In this document: one piece after another, positions 41,698 to 51,312 of the stretch
How positions within the stretch are numbered: position 1 is the stretch's first letter
How the letters are laid out: each line of letters begins with the position of its first letter
NCBI GenBank assembly: GCA_963705105.1
Contig: CAVPIW010000005.1
Span: 128,001 to 192,000 of the forward strand
Source: an uncultured Nitrospiraceae bacterium
GTDB lineage: Bacteria > Nitrospirota > Thermodesulfovibrionia > Thermodesulfovibrionales > Dissulfurispiraceae
DNA: 64,000 bases
Direction: 5' to 3'
The notes under the pieces: generated by a model
The model's input: the letters and a program-made list of their open reading frames with translations, nothing else
The model's database searches: none
Told to the model about the DNA's origin: nothing
Position numbers and translations under genes: made by a program

Positions 41698-42235
41698 AAG
41701 CCTCATCCTCACAATCCCCCTGATGGCGGTTCTTGTCGGTGTCATCACATATCAATACGGATATCTGCGCGTCCAGGAGGAACTGGCCGGGATCAAAGAA
41801 GAGCAGGCGATGAAGCAGAAGACCCTCGAAAAATATATCGCCCTCATCTCCGAGAAGCCCGGTCTCGAAAAGGATCTGGCGGCGCTCAAAGAGCTGAGGA
41901 AAGCGGAAGACGCGAAGCTGATCGAAGGACAGACGCCATCCCTTGCCGCTGCGACTCTCCAGGAAAGCGTCAAGGGCATCGTGACAAGCCGGGGCGGAAC
42001 GATTTCGAGTGAGCGCGTCGGGAAACCGGAGGACTTCGATGCCTTCAAGCTCATCACCGTCAGTCTTGACGCCGTCTTTCCCGATGCGAGGGTCCTGAGC
42101 GACGTACTGTATTCCATCGAGACCCGCACGCCCTATCTGGTCGTCAAGGAGCTCGATGTGCGTGTGAGAAACCTCAGGGACCCCAGAGACCTCATGGTGA
42201 AGCTCGACAACAGTGCCCTCCTCGGAGGCAAGTAG
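41681..42235 (+). CDS. gspM: GspM/PilO-like T2SS assembly protein
   Basis: N-terminal TM, coiled coil, ferredoxin-like C-terminal pattern; position after gspL. Confidence 0.7.
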   Translation: MVRKSKSLILTIPLMAVLVGVITYQYGYLRVQEELAGIKEEQAMKQKTLEKYIALISEKPGLEKDLAALKELRKAEDAKLIEGQTPSLAAATLQESVKGIVTSRGGTISSERVGKPEDFDAFKLITVSLDAVFPDARVLSDVLYSIETRTPYLVVKELDVRVRNLRDPRDLMVKLDNSALLGGK

Positions 42236-43021
42236 GTGCGGATTCGAAGACTCCTGTCACATCTTAACGTGCTCAATGTGGCTCTCCTGTCCGTCACGAT
42301 CCTCTTCGGGCTCTATGTCCTGATGCCCGCGCTGCAGAAAGAGGTGTCCTTTGTCCCTCCGCCGGCAAAAAAGCAGGACGATAGGGCAGAGCAGAAGGAT
42401 GAGCCTCCTCCTGCGTCTTCTCCCCTGGAATTTGCCATGATCGCGGACCAGAACCTCTTCCATCCCGAACGGAGGATTCCCCCCGAAAAAAAGGATGCCC
42501 CTCCGCCGTTGCCCAAGCCCGAGATCGTGCTCCACGGGACCCTCGTGACGGAAGAGGTGAGCGTCGCCTACATCGATGACATAAAGGCGCCCTACACGAC
42601 GCCCGGAAGGGGAAAGAGACTGAGAGCGATGAAGAAGGGTGAATCGCTGAGCGGTTTCGTCCTCAAGGAGATCGGCGAGGACAAGATCCTGCTCGTCAGG
42701 GGCGAGGAGCACATGGTCGTCACCCTGAACGACCCGTCGAAGCCCAAAGCGCGTGAAGGCGTGACGACAGCAACCCCGACACCGGCAGGAACCCAGCCCT
42801 CCGGCATAGCGACGCCTCAGCCGACGACTGCGCCGGCAACCCGCGCTTCAGGGGCGGCGACTTCAAGGTCACAGCCGCCACCGGCGACACCGGCAGGGCA
42901 GGCGACGGTGACAACGCCGCCGGCGGCGGCACCTGCTCAACCCGCACAGCCGGCGCCTCAGCCGGGTACGGGCGATGCGAGGAGGAACTTCCTCGACCTG
43001 CTAAGGAGGGGAGGAAAATAA
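42236..43021 (+). CDS. GspC/PilP-like membrane protein with Pro/Ala/Thr-rich tail, copy 1
   Basis: TM, NLF motif, LHGT..AYI..GE.L.GF pattern; T2SS context. Confidence 0.6.
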   Translation: MRIRRLLSHLNVLNVALLSVTILFGLYVLMPALQKEVSFVPPPAKKQDDRAEQKDEPPPASSPLEFAMIADQNLFHPERRIPPEKKDAPPPLPKPEIVLHGTLVTEEVSVAYIDDIKAPYTTPGRGKRLRAMKKGESLSGFVLKEIGEDKILLVRGEEHMVVTLNDPSKPKAREGVTTATPTPAGTQPSGIATPQPTTAPATRASGAATSRSQPPPATPAGQATVTTPPAAAPAQPAQPAPQPGTGDARRNFLDLLRRGGK

Positions 43022-43069
43022 AAAAGTCCCGCGCTTTTTACACGGGGCTTCGGCAAAGATCTTCCGCCG

Positions 43070-43948
43070 TTATTTCTTCGTCGGTGCGAGCAACTCCGTA
43101 TCCATAACCACACCGGCATCATCCATCGCTTTCTTGACGAACTCCTCGATTTTCGCCTTCCTCCTGTCCGCTGATATCTTTTCGCGGATCTTGTCCTTTA
43201 CCTTGTCCAAAGGCTCCAGGGTGGATTCTTTCTTTTCATCGACCTTAATGATATGGAATCCGAAGGGCGTTTCCACGACATCGCTCAGTTCCCCGGGCTT
43301 CAGCGAAAAGGCCGCCTTTTCAAACTCCGGCACCATTCTCCCTTTTGCAAAAAAGCCGAGATCTCCTCCCTTCGCCTTCGAGCCGGGATCGTCGGAGAAT
43401 TCAGCGGCGATCTTCGCGAAATCCTCGCCTCCCTTCAGCCTCTTGAGGAGACCTTCAGCCTTCTCTTTCGCCGCTTTCTTGGCCTCTTCCGGCGCTGTCT
43501 TGTCGACCTTCACGAGGATGTGCCTGGCCTTCACCATTTCGGGCGTCCTGAACTCCTCCTGGTGCGTCTTGTAATAGGCGTCGATGTCCTCGGCGGACAC
43601 ATCGATCTTTCCGATCACCTCTTTCTTGATATACTCAGTCATGAGAAAGTCATTCGTCAGCATGTCCAACTGTTCCATGACCTCAGGCCTCTTTGTGTAT
43701 CCCTGATCCCGCGCCATCTTGGAGATGACCATACCCTGCACGATCCGTTGCAGGATCGTCACTTTGAACTGGGGGTTCTGCTCGAGCATTTTCCGCCTTT
43801 CCGGATCATAGTACCCGAGCATCCGCTCAAGGTCTGCCATCGTGATTTGTTTGTCACTTACCTTGGCGAGCACCTTTTCCTCTGCCGCGTTCACGGCAGG
43901 AGCGACGGACAACGCGAGCAGGATCAACATAACAACAACCTTCTTCAT
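43070..43948 (-). CDS. Periplasmic parvulin-type peptidyl-prolyl isomerase (PrsA/PpiC-like), copy 1
   Basis: Signal peptide, ARHILV, SDDPGS, GGDLG, GFHII. Confidence 0.92.
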   Translation of the reverse strand: MKKVVVMLILLALSVAPAVNAAEEKVLAKVSDKQITMADLERMLGYYDPERRKMLEQNPQFKVTILQRIVQGMVISKMARDQGYTKRPEVMEQLDMLTNDFLMTEYIKKEVIGKIDVSAEDIDAYYKTHQEEFRTPEMVKARHILVKVDKTAPEEAKKAAKEKAEGLLKRLKGGEDFAKIAAEFSDDPGSKAKGGDLGFFAKGRMVPEFEKAAFSLKPGELSDVVETPFGFHIIKVDEKKESTLEPLDKVKDKIREKISADRRKAKIEEFVKKAMDDAGVVMDTELLAPTKK

Positions 43949-44236
43949 ACGAAAACCTCCCTGTCTGAGAATGCATCTTTAGAGTCATCGCAGCGAGGCT
44001 GCAGTATCCGGGCGGGGTTTCCCTCACACCTCGCGCCGGCAACTCAATTATTATGACACAATCGAGATGCGGGCCGCACAGTTGTCGTTGATTGACATTA
44101 TCGGCCGGAAAGCCGAGGGCGGTCGATCAATCTCAATTTCCCGTTTAAACCCGACACCCCTCAGAGACATCAAAACTGATATCAGCGCCGGATCAGGGCT
44201 TCGGGGAATGGCGTCAGCTGTTTATTATAACTGACT

Positions 44237-44261
44237 GTAGGGGCCGTTCCCCGAACGGCCC
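44237..44261 (+). repeat. GTAG-type REP palindrome
   Basis: GTAG-gggccgttc-ccc-gaacggccc; same palindrome at 21711-21731. Confidence 0.65.
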
Positions 44262-44443
44262 GATATGATCCATGCACTCACACTCACACTGTTTTGATTA
44301 TATCCCTGACGGACTGTTAGAATGAATGAATCCTGCGGGTTTTTCAGCGGCACGCCTGACATGTCTGACGTGCCGATCATGTCAGACATGCCGAAAAACT
44401 CATGGTAAATCTCGGCAACAGTGCCCACCTCGGAGGCAAATAG

Positions 44444-45193
44444 GTGAGGATTCGAAAGCCCCTTTCGCATCTCAATATACTCAATGTGGCGCTCCTGTCC
44501 GTCGTTGTCCTTTTCGGCCTCTATGTCCTTCTGCCTGCACTGCAGAAGGAGGTGACCTTCGTCCCGCCGGCAGCCAAGAAGCAGGATGAAAAAGCGGCCG
44601 AAACGGACGAGGAGCTTCCGGCGCCGTCTCCCCTGGAATTCGCCCTGATTGCGGACCAGAACCTCTTCCATCCTGAACGGAGGATCCCCCCCGAAAAGAA
44701 GGATGCTCCTCCGCCGTTGCCCAAGCCCGAGATTGTGCTCCACGGGACCCTGGTGACGGAGGATATGAGCGTCGCGTACATCGATGACGTAAAAGCTCCT
44801 TACACGACGCCAGGGAGGGGAAAGAGGCTGAGGACTATGAAGAAGGGCGAATCGCTGAGCGGTTTCGTCCTCAAAGAGGTGGGCGAGGACAAGATCCTCC
44901 TTGTCAGGGGTGAAGAGCACATGGTCGTCACCCTGAACGACCCGTCGAAGCCCAAGGCACGCGAAGCAGCGCCGGCAGCCGCGCCCGCGCCTGCCGGCAT
45001 CCGGCCGGGAGCGGTCGGTCAGCCGCCGGCGCCGCCGTCCTCCGGGCAGAAGCCCCCGGCGGCAACGGCTCCGCAGCCGGCAGCCGCGCAGCCACCATCC
45101 GCGCAGGCCCCATCGAGGGCGCCTGCTGCCGTCGGAGGCGGAGACACGAAAAACACGTTCCTCGACGCTCTAAGAATGAGGAAACAGAGATAA
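44444..45193 (+). CDS. GspC/PilP-like membrane protein, copy 2
   Basis: Near-identical to 42236-43021 except the low-complexity tail. Confidence 0.6.
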   Translation: MRIRKPLSHLNILNVALLSVVVLFGLYVLLPALQKEVTFVPPAAKKQDEKAAETDEELPAPSPLEFALIADQNLFHPERRIPPEKKDAPPPLPKPEIVLHGTLVTEDMSVAYIDDVKAPYTTPGRGKRLRTMKKGESLSGFVLKEVGEDKILLVRGEEHMVVTLNDPSKPKAREAAPAAAPAPAGIRPGAVGQPPAPPSSGQKPPAATAPQPAAAQPPSAQAPSRAPAAVGGGDTKNTFLDALRMRKQR

Positions 45194-45347
45194 AAGGACA
45201 TGAGCGTCTCCCGGAAATAGGTACACATCAACGTTGAATGGCCCACAACGAAAGGCAGGCTGAAGATGCCACCGAAAAGCCATTCGTCATTCATCGGCAA
45301 CCTGGACAGAGACCCCCTTCCACTGTCACTGTTACTGCCACTTTCTT

Positions 45348-46229
45348 TTATGGTTTTGTCGCGGGCATGAGCGGCGCCGTATTGAACTCGACCCTCGCAT
45401 CCTTCAGGGCCTTGTCCATGAAGTCCTGGATCTTGCCTTTTTTCATGTCATTGGAGACCTTTTCACGCACTTTGTCCTTGACCTTGTCATAAGGTTCGAC
45501 GACAGACTCTTTTTTATCGTCGACACGAATGATGTGAAACCCGAACGGCGTCTCGACGATGTCGCTGATCTCTCCGGCCTTGACAGAAAACGATGCATCC
45601 TCAAAGGGTTTCACCATTCTTCCCCTGGCGAAATAACCGAGATCGCCACCTTTCGCCTTCGATCCGGGATCATCGGAAACCTCTGATGCAAGCTTGGCGA
45701 AGTCTTCTCCCGCCTTGACCCTTTTCAGCACATCCGCAGCTTTGCCCCGTGCTTTTTCCTTTTCATCGGCAGTGGCGCTCTTGTCGACCTTGATGAGTAT
45801 GTGGCTCGCTTTCACCATTTCCGGTGTCCTGAACTCGTTCAGATGAGTTTTATAATACAGGTTCGTATCCTCTTCCGTTACATCTATTTTGGCGATTATC
45901 TCCCTCCTGACGTATTCCTGGGAAAGAAAATCATCGGAGAGCAGGTCCAGTTGCTCTTTCACGTCATCGATCTTTTCAAACCCCTTTCCCTTTGCAATTC
46001 TTCCGACCACCCTCCCCTGGACGATTCGGCGAAGCAGGGTTTCCCTGCGCTGGGGGCTCTCCTGAAACATCTTCCGTTGATTCTGGTCATAATAGCCGAT
46101 GATCCTGTTCAGATCGGAGAGCTTTATCTGTTCGTCACCGATCTTTGCGAGAACAGGATCGTCAGAGGCAAAAACAGGGACACAGGACAGCGCAATCACG
46201 ACAAACATAACCATTAACATCCGCTTCAT
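45348..46229 (-). CDS. Periplasmic parvulin-type peptidyl-prolyl isomerase, copy 2
   Basis: Signal peptide, [28 protein letters not shown]. Confidence 0.92.
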   Translation of the reverse strand: MKRMLMVMFVVIALSCVPVFASDDPVLAKIGDEQIKLSDLNRIIGYYDQNQRKMFQESPQRRETLLRRIVQGRVVGRIAKGKGFEKIDDVKEQLDLLSDDFLSQEYVRREIIAKIDVTEEDTNLYYKTHLNEFRTPEMVKASHILIKVDKSATADEKEKARGKAADVLKRVKAGEDFAKLASEVSDDPGSKAKGGDLGYFARGRMVKPFEDASFSVKAGEISDIVETPFGFHIIRVDDKKESVVEPYDKVKDKVREKVSNDMKKGKIQDFMDKALKDARVEFNTAPLMPATKP

Positions 46230-46310
46230 TTCAATCCTCCGGATATTTCTTGAAATAACACCGTGCCCGCCCTCCTGTATTGATTTCACGCAGTGGAGGG
46301 CAAACATTAC

Positions 46311-46463
46311 TGACGACCTCGCAAAAAAGCCTTACATAGCACTATTCTGTCATTCCCGTGCAGACGGGGATCCAGTATTTTGAGGCAGTTCCTTATAGTC
46401 TGGATACCCGCTCCCCGCTTACTATCCGCGGGGACGGGTATGACGACTTTCTACGAATCCATA
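46311..46463. mobile_element. MITE-like element family B, empty form
   Basis: tgacgacctcgcaaaaaagc ... gactttctacgaatcc with two inward REP halves. Confidence 0.6.
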
Positions 46464-46499
46464 CAGTATTGAACCATGCAAAACTCATGTTCTGCGCTT

Positions 46500-46560
46500 T
46501 GTCATTCCGGCTCGTCCGGAATCTTTCTTTGAGAAGGACTCCCGACAAGCGGGAGTGACA
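46500..46560. repeat. TGTCATTCC-family palindromic element
   Basis: tgtcattccggctcgtccggaatc...gcgggagtgaca. Confidence 0.75.
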
Positions 46561-46635
46561 GGAAACAGGTCATTTGTTCTGCAGAAATCATTAGCCGCAT
46601 AGGGACTTTTTGTCCTATTGCGAATGAGGAGCGGG

Positions 46636-46678
46636 AAAAACTTGCCGGACCGCCGACTATTCCGTCGGTCGGTCCGGC
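46636..46678 (-). terminator. Probable terminator after the Ig-repeat protein gene
   Basis: gccggaccg..cgac/gtcg..cggtccggc stem then TTTTT on minus strand. Confidence 0.55.
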
Positions 46679-46723
46679 TGAATTTGAAGCGCAGTCTTAA
46701 GAAAGTTACAGCTTACCCTGGTT

Positions 46724-48661
46724 TTACCAGAAGACCTCGAAAGACGCCGGGCAGTTACCGAGTACATTGCAGTCCGCGTCACCGATGGTCAATCTCGTTC
46801 TGCTCTGAAACTGCGTCAGGGTATTCACCAACATGATGAAGTAGCAACCCTGAGGATTATCAGGCACCCCATAGATCTCGTTGAATTCAAAAGAGGCATC
46901 TCCGATCTGATAGTACAGGTCGTCACGGGCTCTCAGAGGGCTCCATGTGCCTGAGGAAGCGGTCCACCTCGAATTTCCGTTCGCCGCTATATAGTCCTTC
47001 ACGAGATTGTAATCCGCCATGACGGGGACGCCGCTCTCGCAGGCCGGTCCGGCGTATTTGATAATCATGTCGATGTTGCCGCCTTCCGTTTGAACCATAT
47101 TGGCGAGACCTATCTGCAATGCCTGCCCCTGCCCCACAGGCATGGACATATACTTAAAGGTCCGAATGCCGTTAGGTGACATGCTGAAATAATTTACGCT
47201 CATATTCGTCACCTCAGGGATGGTGGCGTCCGCACTGACGACGGTGATCGTGATCGGTATGGTCCGCGGGGTCCCGATGGCCGGAGCGATCGTAATACTG
47301 CCCGTATAGGTCCCGACCGCGAGATGGGCACTGTTAAACGTAATGGAAAGATCTCCCGTTCCCGCAGCGTTGACCGCAGGCGTCACGATCACAGCAGGCG
47401 ACACCGGCACCGAAGAGGCATCCTTTATCGGGTCGACGGCGGTCACCGTGTAGGCAATTCTTGCCTGGCAGTTGTTCTGTATCGTTAGTGCAGCAGCATT
47501 CGCATTCGTGCCGGCCGTGATGGTCTGCGCTACGCTCAGCGGGAAAATCTGTGCCGATGTGGGCTCACAGACACCGGTTATCGTCAACACCACGTCGATG
47601 CTCCTCGTAAGGGACCCCGATGAAATATTTATGGTCCCGGTGTATGTGCCCGGAGACAACGCCGACGTATTAACCGCGCCTATCGTGAGCGTCCCGAAAC
47701 CGCTGGGAGTCACACTGAGCCATGAACTCGCAGTCGATGCGCTGTACGAGACCGCATTTCCGCAATTGTCACTGACCTGAACACTCGTCGACGGGGTTTC
47801 ACCGGCGGCCGCGCTCAGCCCGACCGGAGCCGGCCAGACGCTCATAGACGTGGGAGTACAGGTAGTCGGCGGCGTCGTCCCTCCGCAGTTGCCGATTATG
47901 CAGAGATCCTTGACAGTCATTGTCACAGGCATCTGCCTCGTCGTCCCCGCCGCAGTGATCGTGATTACGCCGGAATAGGTGCCCGAAGTGCGGTGCCCGT
48001 TCAGGGTCACCTCCAGCAGTCCGGTCTGCCTGACCAGGGTCATCCATTCCGCCGATGATGTAGCGCTGAATTCAAGGGCCTTATTGCACGAATCATTTAC
48101 AGGGATTTGTATTTTTTTCGTCCCGTACCAATCGACGCTTTCGTTCAATGAGGCGGGGTTGACAACAAGTGTACAGTCCGTCGGGGTTGGAGGAGGAGGC
48201 TGCACACCGCCCTTGACGATGACCACTCTTCGCGGCTCGGCACAGTCCGCGCCGCCTGAGAGCGTTCCGTCAACACTGCCGTCCATGCAAATATTAATAT
48301 AAAAGTCACTCATGCCAAAGGTCGTTTCAAAAGCGCGCCACTGCGCGTTGACATACTGGACCATCGTTGCGGCGCCCAGCGGCACCATCGTCGCGATGTC
48401 GGTAAAAGGCACCCACCCGGTCGCATCAAGGTACCCCCTCGTCAAGGGGTCCCGGACGTCCTCAACCCACACAAACAGCTCAATAGGACTTCCCGCCAAA
48501 AACGTTCCTTCCAGAAAGATAGGGACAATCAAAGGCTCACCCTCGTTCACCGTGATATCGGCGGGGAAATCATTCAGATACACTGCCGCCTGAAGTCCCC
48601 CTGTTATGATCAGGCTGAAAACAAAGACCGTCAATACGACCCACAACCTTTTAACCCTCAT
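46724..48661 (-). CDS. Secreted Ser/Thr-rich protein with three BACON/Ig-like repeats
   Basis: Signal peptide; three repeats with paired Cys and a GTY.G.I.I motif; PPPT linkers; GGGAGG RBS. Confidence 0.7.
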   Translation of the reverse strand: MRVKRLWVVLTVFVFSLIITGGLQAAVYLNDFPADITVNEGEPLIVPIFLEGTFLAGSPIELFVWVEDVRDPLTRGYLDATGWVPFTDIATMVPLGAATMVQYVNAQWRAFETTFGMSDFYINICMDGSVDGTLSGGADCAEPRRVVIVKGGVQPPPPTPTDCTLVVNPASLNESVDWYGTKKIQIPVNDSCNKALEFSATSSAEWMTLVRQTGLLEVTLNGHRTSGTYSGVITITAAGTTRQMPVTMTVKDLCIIGNCGGTTPPTTCTPTSMSVWPAPVGLSAAAGETPSTSVQVSDNCGNAVSYSASTASSWLSVTPSGFGTLTIGAVNTSALSPGTYTGTINISSGSLTRSIDVVLTITGVCEPTSAQIFPLSVAQTITAGTNANAAALTIQNNCQARIAYTVTAVDPIKDASSVPVSPAVIVTPAVNAAGTGDLSITFNSAHLAVGTYTGSITIAPAIGTPRTIPITITVVSADATIPEVTNMSVNYFSMSPNGIRTFKYMSMPVGQGQALQIGLANMVQTEGGNIDMIIKYAGPACESGVPVMADYNLVKDYIAANGNSRWTASSGTWSPLRARDDLYYQIGDASFEFNEIYGVPDNPQGCYFIMLVNTLTQFQSRTRLTIGDADCNVLGNCPASFEVFW

Positions 48662-48973
48662 ACGAACCTCCCTATGTTCGGTCATATATTTATATTATAG
48701 TTTTACTTGCAAAGTCTATGCAAGCTCGATTCTATCTTTCTTCATTATCGTAAATCGGCCTGTAATCTTAATCTGTCGGCCTGTGCACCGAGAAAGACCG
48801 AAAACCGGCCGATCGAATGTATGGAAACATCTTCGCCTGTGTGTTCCATTTCGGAATCAAGACCTCGCCGCGATTCCAATAGGAGTATCGATGCCGTAAC
48901 AATTACGTCCCATTGAAGGCTAATGAATGTGTCCGTGATGCCCAAAGTTCTCGTTACTGTTTGAAGTGCGCGC

Positions 48974-49007
48974 AAAAAAAGAGGTGAGGGAAGACCCTCA
49001 CCTCTTT
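48974..49007 (-). terminator. Strong intrinsic terminator after the S-layer candidate
   Basis: aaagaggtgaggg-tctt-ccctcacctc followed by 7 T on minus strand. Confidence 0.88.
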
Positions 49008-49041
49008 CCTGAGTCATGTGCGACTGCACGACGTCCTACAA

Positions 49042-50454
49042 CTAAGGAGTCGTGGGCTGCAGCAATCCGTTGATCGTGGTGGTGTACATGAGCGGGAGCA
49101 TCTGGGTCAGCGGTGAATTCAGGAAGCCCTGAAGCTCATAGCTGATCACGGGGAGTCCCGTTGTGCCAACGCTGCCGATTGTCGTCGTTCTGCCAAGGAC
49201 AGTGGTGAAGTCGATGTCGACCCTGCCGAGCTCGAAGGCTGCGGGAACGACCGGCGTGTTAGCCTGATCAAGTGTGGTGTTCATAAGCGGCGCGCCGCTT
49301 GTGCCGAGTATGAAGAGGCTGACCTCGTCACACTTCTGGACCTGCTGCTGCTGGCCCGGTGAGAATCCGACGGTGGCGCCGGGGGTGTTCTCCGCGTCGT
49401 CCCAAATGCGGACTCCGACGGTCTCGCAACGGGCTGCGGCGTTACCGATCGCGCCTGTCGTTGCGTCGATCACAGCTGCGTCATTGAACGGACCGTTTGC
49501 ATTCGGCAGAGGATCGAGCTCGATGCTCAGTCTCTTCGTCGGGAAGGTGTTGATGATGATCGTTTCGCCGTCCAGTATGTTCTCGAGGTCATAAAGGGCG
49601 AACTCGAGAGACTTGGTCAGCACGAAGTTGACTGCAACGAGACCTTCTGTCGCATCGCTCAGCCGCGGAGGATCGTCAGTGGCGAGGCCGGGGTTCACGA
49701 CGATGGTGTTGCGGAAATTGGCAAGCGCCGTTGCATTGTAGGCGTAGGCCCCAAAAGCGTCGTCATTGAGGTTGAAGATCGTGCTGGTGCCCGCAAGGAC
49801 GTTCGGCACGTCGATGCGCGCAACAGGCGTGAAGGTCGTGTCATTGGCGTTCGGAAGACCGAGCTGCTCGCCGCAAGCCTGAGGAGTCTTGACGACCTTG
49901 TTAACGCCGGGCAGAGGATCGGCCCATGCGGAGACGCCGATCATCTCGAAATAGCCTTCCTTGGTGTCGTCAGGTGTGACGGCCGTACCGCCTGCCGTGC
50001 TGAAAGGAACGGTTGCCAGTATGTTGTTCGTCACATCGTTGTCGCCCTGGGGATCGGGGAATGTGGGCGTGTCATTGTCATACCACACAATGTTCCCGAC
50101 CGCTGCAGTGCCGACCAGGTCGGTGACCCAGGCGGTCCACTGGTCGCCGGCGCTGAGGCAGATGTAGAAGTCGAGGACTTCGATGCTGTCCTCACCTTCC
50201 CTGAACCTCACCTTGACGCCGACACCCGTCTGGGTGGCGGTGTTCACGACGCGGATAAAGTTCAGGCTGCCCCTTGCATTGTAATAGCCGTAAATAAGTG
50301 CGTCGCCCAGGCCACCGGGGTTCACAAAAATGGCTGTAGGAGACGCCGGCCCGGCATTATTCGCCAGACCGTCGACCTGAGCTGCCTGTGCTGTGCCGAA
50401 AGCGAAAATGCCGATCGCAACAAGCAAGACGGTTATTAAGCTCTTCCTCAACAT
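49042..50454 (-). CDS. Secreted cell-surface protein, S-layer candidate
   Basis: Signal peptide (AQA), acidic T/A/G/N-rich, GLGDALIYGYY motif, AAAGGAGG RBS, own strong terminator. Confidence 0.6.
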   Translation of the reverse strand: MLRKSLITVLLVAIGIFAFGTAQAAQVDGLANNAGPASPTAIFVNPGGLGDALIYGYYNARGSLNFIRVVNTATQTGVGVKVRFREGEDSIEVLDFYICLSAGDQWTAWVTDLVGTAAVGNIVWYDNDTPTFPDPQGDNDVTNNILATVPFSTAGGTAVTPDDTKEGYFEMIGVSAWADPLPGVNKVVKTPQACGEQLGLPNANDTTFTPVARIDVPNVLAGTSTIFNLNDDAFGAYAYNATALANFRNTIVVNPGLATDDPPRLSDATEGLVAVNFVLTKSLEFALYDLENILDGETIIINTFPTKRLSIELDPLPNANGPFNDAAVIDATTGAIGNAAARCETVGVRIWDDAENTPGATVGFSPGQQQQVQKCDEVSLFILGTSGAPLMNTTLDQANTPVVPAAFELGRVDIDFTTVLGRTTTIGSVGTTGLPVISYELQGFLNSPLTQMLPLMYTTTINGLLQPTTP

Positions 50455-50559
50455 TTTTCCTCCTTTTCTCTTAGTCAAAAACTTCTCGCCGGCAACGCCG
50501 GCTAATACATATATATCATCAGATCCCTTCGCTGCTCTCCGACGCCATCACCTCCTTCT

Positions 50560-51015
50560 TCATTGATTTTCCCCCCCTTTGATGGAATTCGACTGAGAGG
50601 GGACATGATACCATTTGCTATCGATCCTTGCCCAGTGATCTGTCCTGTCGATGTCGTGCGTAAACGGCGCAGCGCCAGGAGCCTTCACCGTCAGATTCAT
50701 CCTGAGCTTCACCTGGGCGGAATCGTCGCTGTCATAACTTATATTTTCGATCGTAAAGCCGTTAATCTTTACATGGGGATTCGAATTTTTCTTGATGTAA
50801 TTCACCAGAGTCATCTGCTTTTTATACAAAGGGTATTCCATCTCATACGTTTTATCCAGCTCTTCCCTCGTCTTGTGCTGCCAATATGTCTCGATTCTAC
50901 CGCGCAGTTCCTCTGCTGAGCCGATTCTTACAGCCTCTTTTGTACCACATCCCGCAAAAATAATCAAGAAAAAAATCGCCGCAATGAGTGATTTGCCGCT
51001 CTTCCACAACCCCAC
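50560..51015 (-). CDS. Lipoprotein of unknown function (start approximate)
   Basis: Hydrophobic signal with FAGC lipobox; lies between secretin and S-layer candidate. Confidence 0.7.
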   Translation of the reverse strand: MGLWKSGKSLIAAIFFLIIFAGCGTKEAVRIGSAEELRGRIETYWQHKTREELDKTYEMEYPLYKKQMTLVNYIKKNSNPHVKINGFTIENISYDSDDSAQVKLRMNLTVKAPGAAPFTHDIDRTDHWARIDSKWYHVPSQSNSIKGGENQ

Positions 51016-51052
51016 TGACCCTCTAAACCTGCGGCTGTCATATGTTCTAAAC

Positions 51053-51081
51053 AATATACAAGAAGCCATTCCCTATGTCAA
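51053..51081 (-). promoter_or_regulatory. Sigma70-type promoter
   Basis: TTGACA-N17-TATATT. Confidence 0.6.
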
Positions 51082-51155
51082 GCCTTTTTTAAGCTATGTA
51101 CCACAATATTTTCTTATACACCGATAAATAAAAATACCAACTCCATAAGTTATTT

Positions 51156-51260
51156 AGCAATTTCGGGGCCATTCCATAACATATTGATCTACATTATTCA
51201 TTCAATGTCCTGCCCGGCGAAAGTGTGTAGTTTTTGACATGAGGTGTGTATTTTTTACAC
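51156..51260 (-). promoter_or_regulatory. Sigma54 promoter with IHF-like site and tandem enhancer-like palindromes
   Basis: TGGCCC-CGAAA-TTGCT (51156-51171); gATCAATATGTTA (51177-51189); GTGTA-N5-TACAC (51246-51260) and a degenerate copy 21 bp away. Confidence 0.65.
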
Positions 51261-51312
51261 TCCATATTTACAGAACATCCCGGCATCCCGCGCCTGCGCA
51301 CTCCCTCTCCTG

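Noticed and set aside
48708..48723. Sigma54 promoter for the Ig-repeat gene (TTGCAT-AGACT-TTGCA)
   Set aside because: Lacks the invariant -24 GG
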